A stretch of 59,241 nucleotides of DNA, counting the filler, from Bipalium vagum (Eukaryota): NCBI GenBank assembly GCA_037834085.1. It is 3 parts of 3 records of this genome, joined end to end, with 100 filler letters (N's around TTAATTAATTAA, not from the genome) between each part and the next. Parts side by side here need not be neighbours in the genome. Positions count along the whole stretch, not along the records: positions 17,424 to 42,936 come from JBBMKC010193180.1; positions 43,037 to 59,241 come from JBBMKC010123005.1; 1 more part is not named here. The stretch is one strand, 5' to 3'. Shown here piece after piece: positions 34,401 to 47,075 of this stretch. Every line of letters starts with the position of its first letter. Position 1 is the stretch's first letter. The translations under genes and the position numbers were made by a program. The notes below the pieces were generated by a model. The model made no database searches. It was not told where the DNA came from and saw only the letters and a list, made by a program, of their open reading frames with translations.

Positions 34401-37179
34401 TTTTTTTTTCATTCTTTTACCTTTTAACTGTATTATCGATTTAGTATTGAACCAGGTGACATGATTCTGGAGGTAAATGATATCAGTTTTGAAGATATGA
34501 GCAATGACGACGCAGTGCGCACTTTAAGAGAACAAGTTCAAAAACCCGGGTAGTAATTGATTAACAATTATATTTTAATCTGTATTTACTGTCGATTGAT
34601 TTTACAGACCAATCAATTTAGTGGTGGCCAAGTGTTGGGATCCAAATCCGAAAGGATATTTTACAATTCCTCGACAAGAGCCCGTCCGACCAATCGATCC
34701 TCGTGCTTGGGTTCTGCACACCAATGCCATGACTGCAGGAGCCAACGAACCGCCACCGTCATCAAATGGAATCCATCCGCCTGGATCGAACTTGGTTGCG
34801 CCCAGTATGCAGAGTTTGCTGTCGGGGGGCACCATGCTTGCCGGAACGAGTGCCGCGACATTTAATGCCGCAGCCTTTGGATATATGCCACAACCACCGA
34901 ACATGAATCAGAACATCGCTGCTGCCAGCGGCAATGTCGCCGGAATACAGGGAGCACCGATGGGTTACTTTGCATATCCTCTTGGAATGCCAGGACAGTT
35001 TTCACAGGTTCAATTTTTAATATTGAACATATGAGAAAATATCGATTTAATTTTTTATCGATTTTTAAAATTCTGTCTAACTAGCATAGAAAATGATTTT
35101 CTACTGAGGTTTGTCAGTTTTTCTTTCAATATGAAACAAAAATTCAAAAATGTATTGATTTTATTGTTTTTATAAGGAATATTTTTATGAAATCCATAAT
35201 TATTTTTATTACATCAAAAATTGGAATTTTAACACAAATTTGATTATTTAGCCACGAAATTTTGGTATTTTATTTCTTTTAGTATTTAAGTACTTAATTA
35301 AATTATCGATTTAATTACAGTTCTATTCAATTTATAAATAAATAATATTTAAAATGAAAATGTTTTATTTGTGTTTATTTTTGTAATTTATTAATAAAAT
35401 ATATTTATATTTAAATAAATATATTTATAATTATTATAATTTTATTATTGATATTATTATAATTTTTAAAATTAATATTTTATTTTGATGGTTAATAAGG
35501 ATTTTGAATTTAAATTATTATTATTATTATTATTAAATTATTTTAATTATTGATTTTTTTCAAATTTTTAAATAATTTTAATTTTTATTATTATTTAATA
35601 TTTTTCAATATTTATAAGGAGTGTAATTAGGTCGTCGGAATTTTTAAATTCTAAAATCATATTTATGTTGTAATATTTAAAATAATAAATATTGATAATA
35701 ATAATTGAAATAATTATAAATACTCTATTTTAAATGCTTTATTATAACATGTTTCGTTAAGTTTAAATTTTTTTATACATTACAATCACTATCAATAGAA
35801 CTTTGTAGTGATTTACCAGTTTTGTCAAATTCAAAATTATCAAAAGGGAATATTATTATTAGGCGTTGTCGGAAAGTCTTCGGTATTTGCATTATGGAAG
35901 ATGTTAATAATTTTTTTGTATGTATGAGTGCAATAAACAGTCAATGTAACTTTTTTATATTGTACGAAAATGTCATTTTTCTTATGTAAAATTTTAATAC
36001 AGTGCATTCTTGAAAATGAAAAATCTAAATGAACACTTTAGACATTGCACTTTATTACTTTACAAAAAAAATTTAATTCAATCAATAATTATTGTAATAT
36101 GCTTGTTAACTCTGTATGTATGTTAACTCTGATTTGCTTGTGAAGGGCACGGGAAGTATTGTCACGACATCCAGCTCACTGCCAGAATCAGAGCGTTACC
36201 AAGACGAATTACATCTCACAAAAAACACCGATGTAGGAACGATATTGCGAGTTCTGTCGCAACCTGATTCGGGATTGGATATCAGAGATCGATTGTGGTT
36301 GAAGATCACACTCCCTAACGCTTTTATCGGTACGAATTGATAAAATAAATCGAAAAATTCCAAATCGATTTCGGTTCCAGGTTCCAATCTCGTTGATTGG
36401 TTGTATAAGCACTTAGAAGGATTCTCTGATCGCAAGGAAGCCCGTAAATATGCGGCAAATCTGCTCAAATTCGGTTATATCAGACACACCGTCAACAAAG
36501 TGACGTTTTCAGAACAGTGCTACTACGTTCTTGGTAGTTCGACGTTAAGTAATTTATTTTTCACTGGAAAATCGATAATTGATATGGGTTTCTCCTTTCT
36601 TTTTATTCGATTTTTGTAGATATCAGTCGTCTGAGTCTAGATCAAGTTGAAAGCGTGTCAGAGGTCGGTGTCAATGGACCCCACCATTTGGCTGCACTGC
36701 CACCTCCAAACTTCTGTTCCACCAAACAACCGATATCATCGTCCTGTGTCGTCAATCAACCCGCTTTGAACATGAATGCACAACTCTGTGCCGCTCCTCC
36801 ATCAGAAACATTGCCCAACAGTGTTAATGTCACTACGGCAACTGCCAGCTCCAATAGCCAATATAGTGTTGTTGGTCCGCTACCGTGCTCGCAGCCATCG
36901 CAGCATTTGTCGTCGGCTGCAGCATCGGTGACGGGTATCAAAAAATCTGGCAGTTGTAACAGTTTATCGGGTACCAGTTCCAGTTCGTCTTCATCGTCCA
37001 GTAGCAATAGAAGCAACACGAGAATCAATGGTAACGCTTCATCGATTAATAATATGATCTCAAAAAATCCGCCTCCTAAGCCACCACCAAGAACGGTAGC
37101 TATAGCTCCCACTAACAATACAGCCAATACAATTGCTTCAGGATTTCAAAATCGCGGTCAGTCATCCGTCAACCAATGA
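18530..37179 (+). CDS. dvl-2: Dishevelled (DIX-PDZ-DEP), planarian dvl-2-like, 13 exons, 776 aa
   Basis: Exons 18530-18711, 18820-18889, 18969-19057, 21995-22110, 22166-22207, 28726-28867, 34066-34156, 34214-34395, 34445-34549, 34608-35007, 36146-36329, 36381-36548 and 36620-37179 sum to 2331 nt with consistent phases and GT-AG ends. DIX ([24 protein letters not shown]), basic region, PDZ (FLGISIVG) and DEP ([12 protein letters not shown]) are all present. Dvl identity is secure; the paralog number comes from recalled similarity to planarian dvl-2. Confidence 0.96.
18820..18889 (+). CDS. dvl-2: dvl exon 2 (DIX)
   Basis: [23 protein letters not shown]; aag|...|gtattg. Confidence 0.95.
18969..19057 (+). 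CDS. dvl-2: dvl exon 3
   Basis: [11 protein letters not shown]...SRMISF; cag|...|gtgagt. Confidence 0.92.
21995..22110 (+). CDS. dvl-2: dvl exon 4
   Basis: [14 protein letters not shown]...[10 protein letters not shown]; tag|...|gtactg; phases 2/1 fit. Confidence 0.88.
22166..22207 (+). CDS. dvl-2: dvl exon 5 (42 nt)
   Basis: [14 protein letters not shown]; tag|...|gtgaac; phase 1/1. Confidence 0.8.
22410..22466. repeat. (AAAT)n(AAT)n microsatellite
   Basis: Read directly from the sequence. Confidence 0.9.
25400..26790. promoter_or_regulatory. Candidate intronic enhancer in dvl intron 5
   Basis: GC-elevated, non-repetitive island with no convincing ORF; CTTTGAA 25424, ATCAAAG 26287, TGTGGGAA 25881 and E-boxes. 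Confidence 0.35.
28080..28590 (-). mobile_element. IS630-like Tc1 DD34E 3' fragment in dvl intron 5
   Basis: ORF 28285-28548: IMDNVHFHK...[20 protein letters not shown]; TA-CAGGG terminus at about 28080. Confidence 0.8.
28726..28867 (+). CDS. dvl-2: dvl exon 6
   Basis: Contains conserved [18 protein letters not shown]; cag|...|gtaaat. Confidence 0.93.
29426..30537. mobile_element. Decayed mariner element in dvl intron 6
   Basis: TA-flanked TIRs TTAGGTTGTGTC...GACACAACCTAA. Confidence 0.75.
32330..32930 (+). mobile_element. mariner transposase fragment
   Basis: Eroded WVP motif, VTCDEK*I and a C-terminal G.YID-like motif. Confidence 0.6.
33110..33748 (-). mobile_element. Internally deleted mariner
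   Basis: ILLHDNTKP...[13 protein letters not shown]; TIR-like ttatttgcacacctaa at about 33731-33747. Confidence 0.75.
34066..34156 (+). CDS. dvl-2: dvl exon 7 (basic region)
   Basis: [30 protein letters not shown]. Confidence 0.93.
34214..34395 (+). CDS. dvl-2: dvl exon 8 (PDZ)
   Basis: [23 protein letters not shown]...[11 protein letters not shown]...GGAVAQDGR. Confidence 0.96.
34445..34549 (+). CDS. dvl-2: dvl exon 9 (PDZ)
   Basis: [29 protein letters not shown]. Confidence 0.96.
34608..35007 (+). CDS. dvl-2: dvl exon 10
   Basis: [38 protein letters not shown] followed by a low-complexity insert. Confidence 0.93.
36146..36329 (+). CDS. dvl-2: dvl exon 11 (DEP)
   Basis: SSSLPESER...[23 protein letters not shown]. 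Confidence 0.94.
36381..36548 (+). CDS. dvl-2: dvl exon 12 (DEP)
   Basis: [24 protein letters not shown]...[16 protein letters not shown]. Confidence 0.95.
36620..37179 (+). CDS. dvl-2: dvl exon 13 (Ser/Pro/Asn-rich tail, stop)
   Basis: tag| is in frame with ORF 36655-37179; TGA at 37177. Confidence 0.9.
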
Positions 37180-40100
37180 TAATCAGGTACCAATTGTCAT
37201 TGATTAATCAATAATATAAAAAAAATTACTGATTAATTGTGATTATTATTTTTATTCATTTATTATAATTATTGATTATTATAATAATTGATAATTATTA
37301 TTATAAATAATGGCAATGATAATAAAGATTTTTCTTATTATTTTATTATTGAAATTGATTTAAATCTTCATTATTCATGGTCTATTTATTTGAAAAAAAT
37401 ATTATCATAGAAAATTATTGACAATAATGTTGATTTCTCATCAATTAAAATATCATTATTAATAATTTTTATATTAATGTGAAGAGTGAAAAGTAAAAAT
37501 TATCTTTTACAGAACAATTCGTTTTCAACCAAAGATCTTTTTTCTATGAGTATTTTTCTCAAAGAACAACAGTTATGAAATTTTTCTCGAAAGTTTATGG
37601 TTTAGGTTTATTTTTCTTTGTTTTTTACTTTTCTTTTTTCACATCAACGATAGAATCAAATCTCCATTTCCTCTCTAGATCCATTTCATTATACTCCAAT
37701 AGTAATAAAAAGTAATATGAATAAAATTTTTTAAAAATAGAAAATTATATAATTAAAATTTTTAAAAAAATTCCTGATCATATATTATGATGAGAGTTGG
37801 GTGAAAAATAAAGAAAAGTAAAAATCTATTAATCGAACTATTTTTTATTTTAAATATTATATTATTTGCTAATCAATTATCGATAATTTTTATAATTTTC
37901 CAGCAATTGATGATGATTCTCGTCTATAATCACAAACACACACGTATATATTCATAGATTTACTACTCAAGATATCCAGCTGCAAGTAACTGCGCCAATT
38001 GTGTGACTGTGCCCCAACATGAGTTTTATGAAATTTAATTTCACATGTGATGTGGGAAAATGCCAAAAAACATCTTGAAAAAAGTGTAAACTTTGATACC
38101 GATTTCTTGTTCACAAGTATCATGCAAAAATTATTATCATCAATAATATAATTATTATTGATTATTTTATTTGTATTAAATATTTATTATTATTATTAAT
38201 ATTATTATTTTATTATTATTATTGATAATTATCATTATTATTATTTATCGATATTATTGATTTTCAATATTATTGATAGATTTATTGATATTATTAAATC
38301 AATTATTTATTGATCGGTAAAATTTTTGTGATGACAATAAGTTTCAATTTTTGTCAGTTTCGACTACTTTCTTACAGACACCTGGTTATTTGTGGGGATA
38401 TATTGGTTGTGTTATAATTGAACTATTATTATTATTTATTACTAGTATATTATTATTATTATGATAATCAAACTACAAATTTTAAAATGAGAAGGGAGAG
38501 CGAAAAACCTAATGGAGATGATGGGTTGTTTTTTGTGAGTATATATAAATATTGGAATCAGTGTTGCAAAAAAATAATGATGCTGCCGTCATCGTCATCT
38601 CATCGTCACGATCATCGAATTTATCTTCATTCATTTTTGCGGTGAAATGAATTTGATAAATTAAACACAAATGGTGTGCGAGAGTGTGTGTACTCCTCAG
38701 TCTGTGTGTTGGTGAGTATGATGAGGTGTGTGTACACGCACGTGACAATGGTGGACGTGTGAGACACTATCTGATTGTTGTGCATTGTTGTAATAGTTGG
38801 TTTGCCAGATTTTGCATTATACAGTTACATAGTTCTCTTTTCTTTTTTCTATTTGTCCATACTTTTAGACTTTCACACAAAACATTCTTGACTCTCTTTC
38901 TATATATCATGTTTTTTTCGCATGTCTAGCATTTTATATGGGAGATTTATTGTAATTTCTTTTCAAACCGATCTAATTGATAATTAAGTGTCGGTAAAAT
39001 ATATTTTTAAGTTTTTCACAGATTTCGTCAACACCAATAAAAAAATCATACGAAAATTATTGTAATTATTGATTATTTTTTCTTGCTGATTATTAATTAT
39101 TATTTATCGATTATTACTATTATTATTTATTATTATTATTGATTATCATTTCTATTATTAGTTATTGGTAATTAATTACGGTCCGATACCCCAAAATTTT
39201 ATATATGCAATGTAAAATGAATGTAATAATAATAATTGGTCGTTCTATTTTTAGACATCAGTATTTGATATTATTTAAACTATTATAAGTGTTATTAATT
39301 TTTATAATGGAAGAAAGTATTTTTTTCTTAATGGTAAAGTTCTAAATAAATAAAGATTTTAGAGGATAGTTAAATAATATTCTTAATAAAGCAATCATTG
39401 AAATTTAAGACATCCAGAACTTGGAAATTATTATGAATAATGGAAATAAATTGTAGCACCAGCAATAACGATAAATAATGTTAATTGATTTATCAAGGGT
39501 AGAGTTAATCGAAAATAAATTATTTGTTTTGCGTTGTGGTGTTATCATATTTAGAAAAACTAAAGAGAGTAAAATCTTAAGGTCATAATAAACTCAATCC
39601 AAAAGAAAAATGGAACATAAAACTATTTTTCCTCTAAATTGAGAAAATTCGTTATATTCTCATCGTAAGAATTAGAAATGTTTTCCTACCTATTTTATGA
39701 AAGAAAGTTTTCATTTTATAGATTTTGTAAAATTGACTATTTGTTTCAATTAAAAAAAAGTTTCCAAAGCATAGAAAGCATTACCCGCTACATCACAGTG
39801 ATACAAAGATAAAAACGAGTTAGCGTGCTTAGGTAAATATCAAAATAGATAAAATGGTTCTTTGAAGGTCTTAGATAATAATTTAAATAAATCTATTACC
39901 ACTAAGATTATACAAAAGTATATTTGATATACCAAATGACCGAAGTGGCGTTAAATTTAAAATATCTGATATCCTTAAGTTTTTGCTTAAATAAAGGAAG
40001 GATGATATAAGTATTAATGTTTTAGAGGTTCTGCGGTCGGATACCTATCTTAATAATTTGAGTTAAACGGGTGTTGTGAGTTCTTGAATTGTCATAAGAC

Positions 40101-42099
40101 CTGAATATACATTTTTTTGAGATCCACGGCTTTATTATAATTACTTTATATCACTAAGATAAATCTTCGTGTTTACATTTTGATCTTTCTAAAAAAAAGT
40201 CATCATGTGGTCTTCACAGGAAATTGTCATTAATACGCACGAGGAATGCATTTTTCTTCAACAGATCACAGTCACATCTTTGATGATCCATCTATTATTT
40301 TGAAGAGCAGTCTTAGCATCGACATAAAATAGTTCAAGAATATTCTTGGATTTCATTCTATCAGAACATCTGGGGTACTTGTAGTGTGGATCCTGTGAAA
40401 TAGATCTTCGTAATGATGATTCTTAGATTTAATTTTGAAGCTACGTGTCTGACCGATTGAGACATACTGTTACACAAGCTTCTCCAGCCTTTTGATAAAG
40501 TCGATGTCAAAAGAGAGATTGATAGTAAATCTTTTAATACATGTTGGCAATGTCATACATTTTTGAATTTAACAGGTTCAAAATTAAAATTTTTCATTTT
40601 TGCCTGTTTTTCACGAAGAGCAACATTTACGAAAGCCTTGTATTCGAACTCGCTATAATACCTAAAAACGTATTTATAATTTAAAATTTACTCAATATAT
40701 CTATTATATAAACAACTCAGTTCCAGAATTAGTATTTAAAATTTATTGCAAATATTTTCTTCCCATTTAAAAGGCGCACCATGTATATCCATTTTAAGCA
40801 ACTATCAATAGGTCGTTAATTTATTTCATGATTAAACAACAATTTTAAAAATTTTGATGATAAAGATCTTTGAAATTTTTGATAATACTGGGGTCCCTCG
40901 GTTGATTATGAGAAAACGGTCTCAGCTATAAAAAAATTAATAGTTTGTTATTAGTTTGGTAATGTAATAATGATGATGTTATTACTAGACATAATTACCA
41001 TCCGATTTAAGCAATAAACACCTAAAAGATATTGGCTTAGAACTGATTATGTATCTATCTATTAAAATTATGATATAAATAAATATTGTATCATTTTCAT
41101 AATTCTTAGACAGGTATGACAACATTTTTTCTTGCCTTTAAAATATTACATATCCGACATTGTCGAAATTAATTTGCAGGTCAGATCTTTCTTCTCGTTT
41201 TCAAGAAAATGAAAATTACGTGTTTTTAAATTATTTTTATGTATAACTAATTTTTCTTTAATCTAGTTTTGATTATTGAATATAAGATTTGTTACTATTA
41301 TACCATATTTAAGTAACTTTTGATCATCTATCATTAACTCTTCACTAAACGATGTTGTGCTCGTAATCCTATTGTTCTTATTCAAAGTTAAACTTAAAGT
41401 CAATCAAAACGCCTCCAATAATACCTTATCGGCACCCAAAAAACCTTCATTTTAAATTTAACAACAGCCTGATGCAAAAAAAATTTTGCTCTTCTACTCG
41501 TAAATCACCAAAATATTTATCCAATATTCACTAAAAACAAAATGGCTTCAATGTCAAGTAATGAACGCAACGATAAAAATGAAATGCATGACTAAAGTAA
41601 TAATAATTGAACACAAAAAAGAATAATAATCTAATTAAATAGTTTTATAGAATAAAACAAGAAGAAAATAACAAAAAAAAGAATTCGAAAGCTTACAAAA
41701 TAAAATGATCTCCCCAGTAGTGATAAGGAGTCCCCGGGTCGTCCTCTAGGTCCTTTGTAGATCACCTAGGGATTTCCAAACTTGATGGGTCCCCTTGGTA
41801 ATTCTTTTTGCGATAGCATATCCACAAAAAATTATTACGGGAATCCTTGAGATATCCTGGATTTCTCGGAAAAATTGCGTCAACTCACGTAAATCGTATC
41901 CTTATGAAAATCTTTTTTGGGAAAATTTCTGGGAATAGCCGTTTCTTTATATAGTTTTATAGATTGTGCTACTATTATGAATCTCTATTATTCGAGACCC
42001 TAACTTAGCAGATTTATGAAATAATCTGTATCCAGAAAGAAGAAAACTGAAACAATACTACACAAAGGATATTTAGTCAACATTATTTACAATAAAAAA

Positions 42100-42780
42100 A
42101 TACTTTTTGTCTTCTCTTTAACAACAATATGCATTCAGCAAGCATATCTTTGTTCAAGCATTTGCCAAATCGCTTTTCTATTGATTATATATCTTTGTGC
42201 ATCCTTTTCCATATTCATCGGAAAAATATCTAAACATCTTTCATATTGCTCATTGTGTATAAATAACACGTGCATTTAGTGGTCCCAATTGAGCAGTCCA
42301 GAGCATGAAAGCGAGAAATTAACAAATTGTCTTTTCAGTCTTCCTTCACATTCGACAGCGTGTCTAGCAACATAGCAAAAGTTAGTTCCAGCTTCATGGT
42401 CTTTACATTTCACTGTTATAGAAAAAGCATCAACTTCCATAAAAAGTCTAATTTCGATCCAGTGATAACTCCATTCGTTGCTTTTGCTACTGATTTCTTT
42501 ATTATTTTGGATATATTTAAAGCAATCGCTGTCCTTCTCCAATGTTTTAATAAATTTCTAAAAAAATACCTAGTTTTACATTTAGGAAAGGAATTGAAAT
42601 CTTGTTAATATTTACTGAAAGGCATGTCTTAAATGTTACACGTGCAAATCAGGTATGATTTGGATCAAAATAAAGCCCACTTTCTCTGGAATCGAACATA
42701 CGGGTTTATTGTGTTTCCTGACTTTAGTTTCGTTATAAAATTTAAAACTTTACTTCACACATTATGAGCCAGCTATGGGA
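42100..42780 (-). mobile_element. Chapaev-3-like (CMC) transposase remnant
   Basis: Minus strand gives IPFLNVKLGI...KFIKTLEKDSDCFKYI and SDEYG..HKDI..IEKRFG...MLAEC, matching recalled LPPLHIKLG and SDExGERFHQDI...MLADYCW motifs. Confidence 0.6.
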
Positions 42781-42863
42781 ATAATAGCTTGCATTATTTT
42801 CTGAATCGAAGACCGATTCTCTTTAATCTTAGAATATGCAATTGGAATGGTTGGGAGTATGTG

Positions 42864-42867
<4 letters not shown>

Positions 42868-42936
<69 letters not shown>
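42868..42936. repeat. (ATT)n microsatellite ending at an assembly gap
   Basis: Read directly from the sequence. Confidence 0.95.
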
Positions 42937-43036
42937 NNNNNNNNNNNNNNNNNNNNNNNNNNNNNNNNNNNNNNNNNNNNTTAATTAATTAANNNNNNNN
43001 NNNNNNNNNNNNNNNNNNNNNNNNNNNNNNNNNNNN
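42937..43036. other. Artificial scaffold gap: N44-TTAATTAATTAA-N44
   Basis: Same structure as 17324-17423. Confidence 0.97.
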
Positions 43037-45391
43037 AATAAGAAATAAATAATGATAATTTTTTATTTTCTTATATCTTATATGAAAATGATTGCAATTT
43101 TTTATTACTAAAATAAATAAAAATAATCAATATTTATTTTCTGAAAATTTAAAAAATTGAAACAACACAATATTAAAATCAATTAGCAATGAGGAATTTG
43201 AGATAATATATAAAATAAAAATAATTAAATATTTATGGTATATATGAGATAATAAATCAAGATTAAAATAAATTATTTATACTTGGTTATCGAAATGTTA
43301 TAGGCAATATTACAATAAAAATGATTTCTTCAATATTTTATAATCTAAATAAAAGAATATTATTAATTTCTATTTTTAAATTCCATATTGAATTAATGAA
43401 AACCGTTTCGCAAAAAATATTTCCAAAAAACCAGTGAAATTTACATATTCTTAAAAAATACAAAAATATATATATATATCAATATTAATGAACATGTTAA
43501 ATATTATAATAAAAAAATGGAGATGTTTTTTTTTCATATACATATATATGTATATTTTACAACAGTCTCGAATTCTAATATTAAAACAAATAAATTCAAA
43601 ATAAAAAATAAATTTATATGAATTTAATTTCATTACTGATCACAGACTTTAATTGCTTATGTGTAATTTCCTTTTCAGTCGAGACCTTCGTAAAAATTAT
43701 TCGGATTTCATATTAATTCTAATTAATATTTTCGTAAAAAATGCATGTATTCAGAATAATAAGTTCATAAAATTTAATTATCCTTTCAATATTAACAAAT
43801 CCTCTTATTTATATTGAGAAACAATAAACCAGTGGGAAGTTAAAAAAAGATTAAATAAATGATAATGATAATAACAAAATAATATAAATATATTTTTATT
43901 CCGATATGTGCCTAAGGTACCTTTACCTTGTTAGATCAAATGACCCATATCAATGTGCCTTTTCGTATGAAGACTAATTTTCAATTCATTTTAATTATAT
44001 AAGTAAATATTGGAAATAATTAGAGCAGATAAAGTGACGTGTATGAATTTGACAATTACAGATTTATAAGTGTTCTTGTCTCTGTCAAGTATATTAAAAG
44101 ATTTGTTTAGCCATAAAAAGTTGATATCTAGACAAGGAGAAAATATCTGCAATATTATATTTTGATATTAACGAAATATTTTAATACTTTTTCTCATATC
44201 CCATTTTCATTTTACCATTCTCGGAAATTAATAAATTTATAATAAATTAATAATAAATGAAATTTAGTTCAAATTCATTAGAAAATATTTTATTCATCTA
44301 AAAAATTAATGATAATCAATTTTATTATATTAATTATTATTTTTAATCGATTTTTTAATTGTTTCAAGCCAGTTTAAATCATTATTTGTTTTTCAATATT
44401 TTATGGGACAAAAGCCTAATGTTGTCTAGCAAGACTGTCAAGTTGTTTTTATTTACCGAATTCAGTTGCTTAATGACAAGAAACTTTACCACGTTTACAA
44501 ATGGTTACAGTAAACATTTTTCTCTAATTTACTGACAAAGTTTCCATAAAGATGTAAGGCATAATACCAGTGCCGAATCAACTCGCAGATAAAAATGTTT
44601 TTATACTGAATATGTGGTCGTTTACAATAAGTGTCTATCTTATTTAATTCAGCCACTTGTTAATTTAGGATATTAAAATAAACCTTCGAAAATTTCTTAT
44701 ATATTGGAGGTTTGTTAAAAGCTATAGTAAAATTAAAACTATAAGGGTAACCAGAAATTAAAATGAATTAAATCTTCCGTAATAAATTAAAAGTATGCCA
44801 AAAATATTGATTGTTAAATTATGAGAAGTATTTATTTGCGCATAATGTTGGATGAATGTTAAGCTTTAAATATTAAAATCGATATTTTAAACAAAATCAA
44901 ACCAAATAATCGAAATAAAAGCACTGAGTTGATTTAAACAATAAATAATTATTTCGTACTGAATCAGTTCGAGAAATAAATCGAATGAACAATTAAAACA
45001 ACCAAAAGTAGGATAAAATAAAATTATTAAATTCTTATGCTTTGCGTTTTTTAAGTTATATTTTTTATCAAATTATTTTTACAATTTACAATAAAAAAAC
45101 GTTATTCAAGGAATTAAAGAAATTGAAAATACAAATGGGAACCCTACTTTCACGGACTCTGTGTAAAAAATCGATTTTCCGTCTATTTAAAGTAAATAAC
45201 ACAAAAAGAAAATGTAATTAATAAAAAGATAAACATTATTTGATCCTGAAATATTGGATCATATATTCCAACTTTTACAATTTTTTTTCGATTATTTAAT
45301 AAATGAAAGGAAGACTGTTAATTAGTGATCGACTTTTGTTCTGTTTTAAACCCTAAGTCTCTTTTACAACATATATTCTTCTGTTTTGCTA

Positions 45392-45653
45392 TCATCTTTT
45401 ATGGTGTGCTGTTATTTGTATTCTTCTTTTATATAACCAATACTTTTCTCTTGAGTATCTCTTGAAATTCGTGTATGAAAACAATGTCGTTTTTAATCTT
45501 TGAGAAATTTTTGAAATTTTTGAATATTTTGCTTTCTTTTTTCTATTATTCTTTTTTCTTTTCCAATACGTAAACAGCTTTTCTTTTCCCTTTTCGTGTT
45601 CCAACACTATTTTATTTACAATTAATCTAAAATGTAAATATGTTATGTTTAAT

Positions 45654-45693
<40 letters not shown>

Positions 45694-45929
45694 ATTTTTA
45701 TGCTTTATATTTTTTATTTCTAATTAATCATATATTATAAAATTGTATTAATAATGAAAGAAAAGAGAAATTTTTTATTTTACACGGAATTTTTCTTGTA
45801 AAAAATAAAGTAGAATAACAATCTACTTTTCATACTTTACATATTCAGTCCAAATGGATAAATGGATGAGACATTGATATAAATTCCTTATTGTCTTTTG
45901 TACATAAATGTTTTTGATTTTGGCACTCT
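45392..45929 (-). CDS. Two candidate 3' exons of an unidentified gene
   Basis: 45929-45836 (tag|SAKIKNIYVQKTIRNLYQCLIHLSIWTEYV|gtatg, phase 2) joins 45626-45392 (ttttag|LIVNKIVLEHEK...HHKR*) in frame; no recognisable domain. Confidence 0.3.
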
Positions 45930-46499
45930 CTACACATGTAATGAAATAAAATATTAAATAACGTTAATTATCTGATTATGGACACAGAAGCTTATCAATT
46001 TAAGAGTTTTATATTGCCAATATATCAATTTAGCTTTATAAAAATAACTCTAAGACTGCGATAATCATTTTTTCTATTAATTTTTTTATTCCTCCAATAA
46101 AAGTTTGAAAATAACAAAAAAATTATTTGTAAAAACTGTCTTAAATTTTCTCAACAATATCAATAAAATATTTCCTTAGCTTAAACAGTAATATTTGTAG
46201 TTAAAAATTATTTATTTTTCATAATGAGAAAGTATTATATATAAATTATTAACTTTATATCAGATTTATGAATTTGTTCTTTCAATCTTACAGGATAAAT
46301 GACTGAAATTAAATTGGTAAATAATTTTTTAAAAAGATTTTCAAAAAATTTGATGTATATACTTAAATTTAATAATTAAATTTGTATGTATATAAATTTA
46401 AATCAAAGTTATTAAACTCAAATCGCTTTAAGCTATTATTATAAATTGTTAATGTAGACTTCATTAAATATTAACATTAAGACTGAAAGTATGTATACA

Positions 46500-47075
46500 A
46501 AATAATTTCATCAGTGACAGCGCATGTTGTTAAATCACATGAAATGTTGATTTCTGAGATTTCGTGTGGCATCCACTTTTCAACCTTCTGAATTTTTCCT
46601 AATCTATGTAACTGTTTGCTAACATTTGCTAGGTCAACCCCAAGCTGTTTCACCAGTTCTTCTTATGCTTGGGTAGTATTTACTTAGAGTAGTTCTTCCA
46701 ATATTTCAGGATGTAATATTCATGGAGGACTGGTTCGTAGTAGATTGCTTACATCAACACCAATATTTAAATGTACTCTATAAAACAGCCTTCTCTCAGA
46801 GAACAGAACTTAAGGATTGAGTTGCTGTAAAAGTACTTTTTCCTTGCCGAAATTCATATCTGATACAATGTCGATAGTATATACTTTCGTCAATCATTTC
46901 TAAATCAGAAATTTAATGATATTCTATAACAATTAAAGTGAAATATTTATGTTTTTCATAAATATACAATATAAATTATCGAAATTTAAATTAAAAGGGT
47001 GTTTTAGTCATTTGTTGATTTTTTAAAAAATCAATAATTAGAAACATTGTTTAATACTTATGCATAAACCTAATA
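46500..47075 (-). mobile_element. mariner 5' fragment
   Basis: TIR TTAGGTTTATGCATAAGT near 47073; KVEKWMPHEIS motif. Confidence 0.65.

Noticed and set aside
34557-34904. Overlapping ORFs in alternative frames and strands
   Set aside because: Shadows of the GC-rich dvl exon 10.
36756-37127. 123-aa minus-strand hydrophobic ORF
   Set aside because: Antisense shadow of the Ser/Pro-rich dvl terminal exon.
38680-38745. miRNA hairpin
   Set aside because: Pairing is short and driven by GT repeats; no recognisable mature miRNA.
39850-41900. Additional transposon-like fragments
   Set aside because: Complex sequence, but no motif or TIR pair clear enough to classify.
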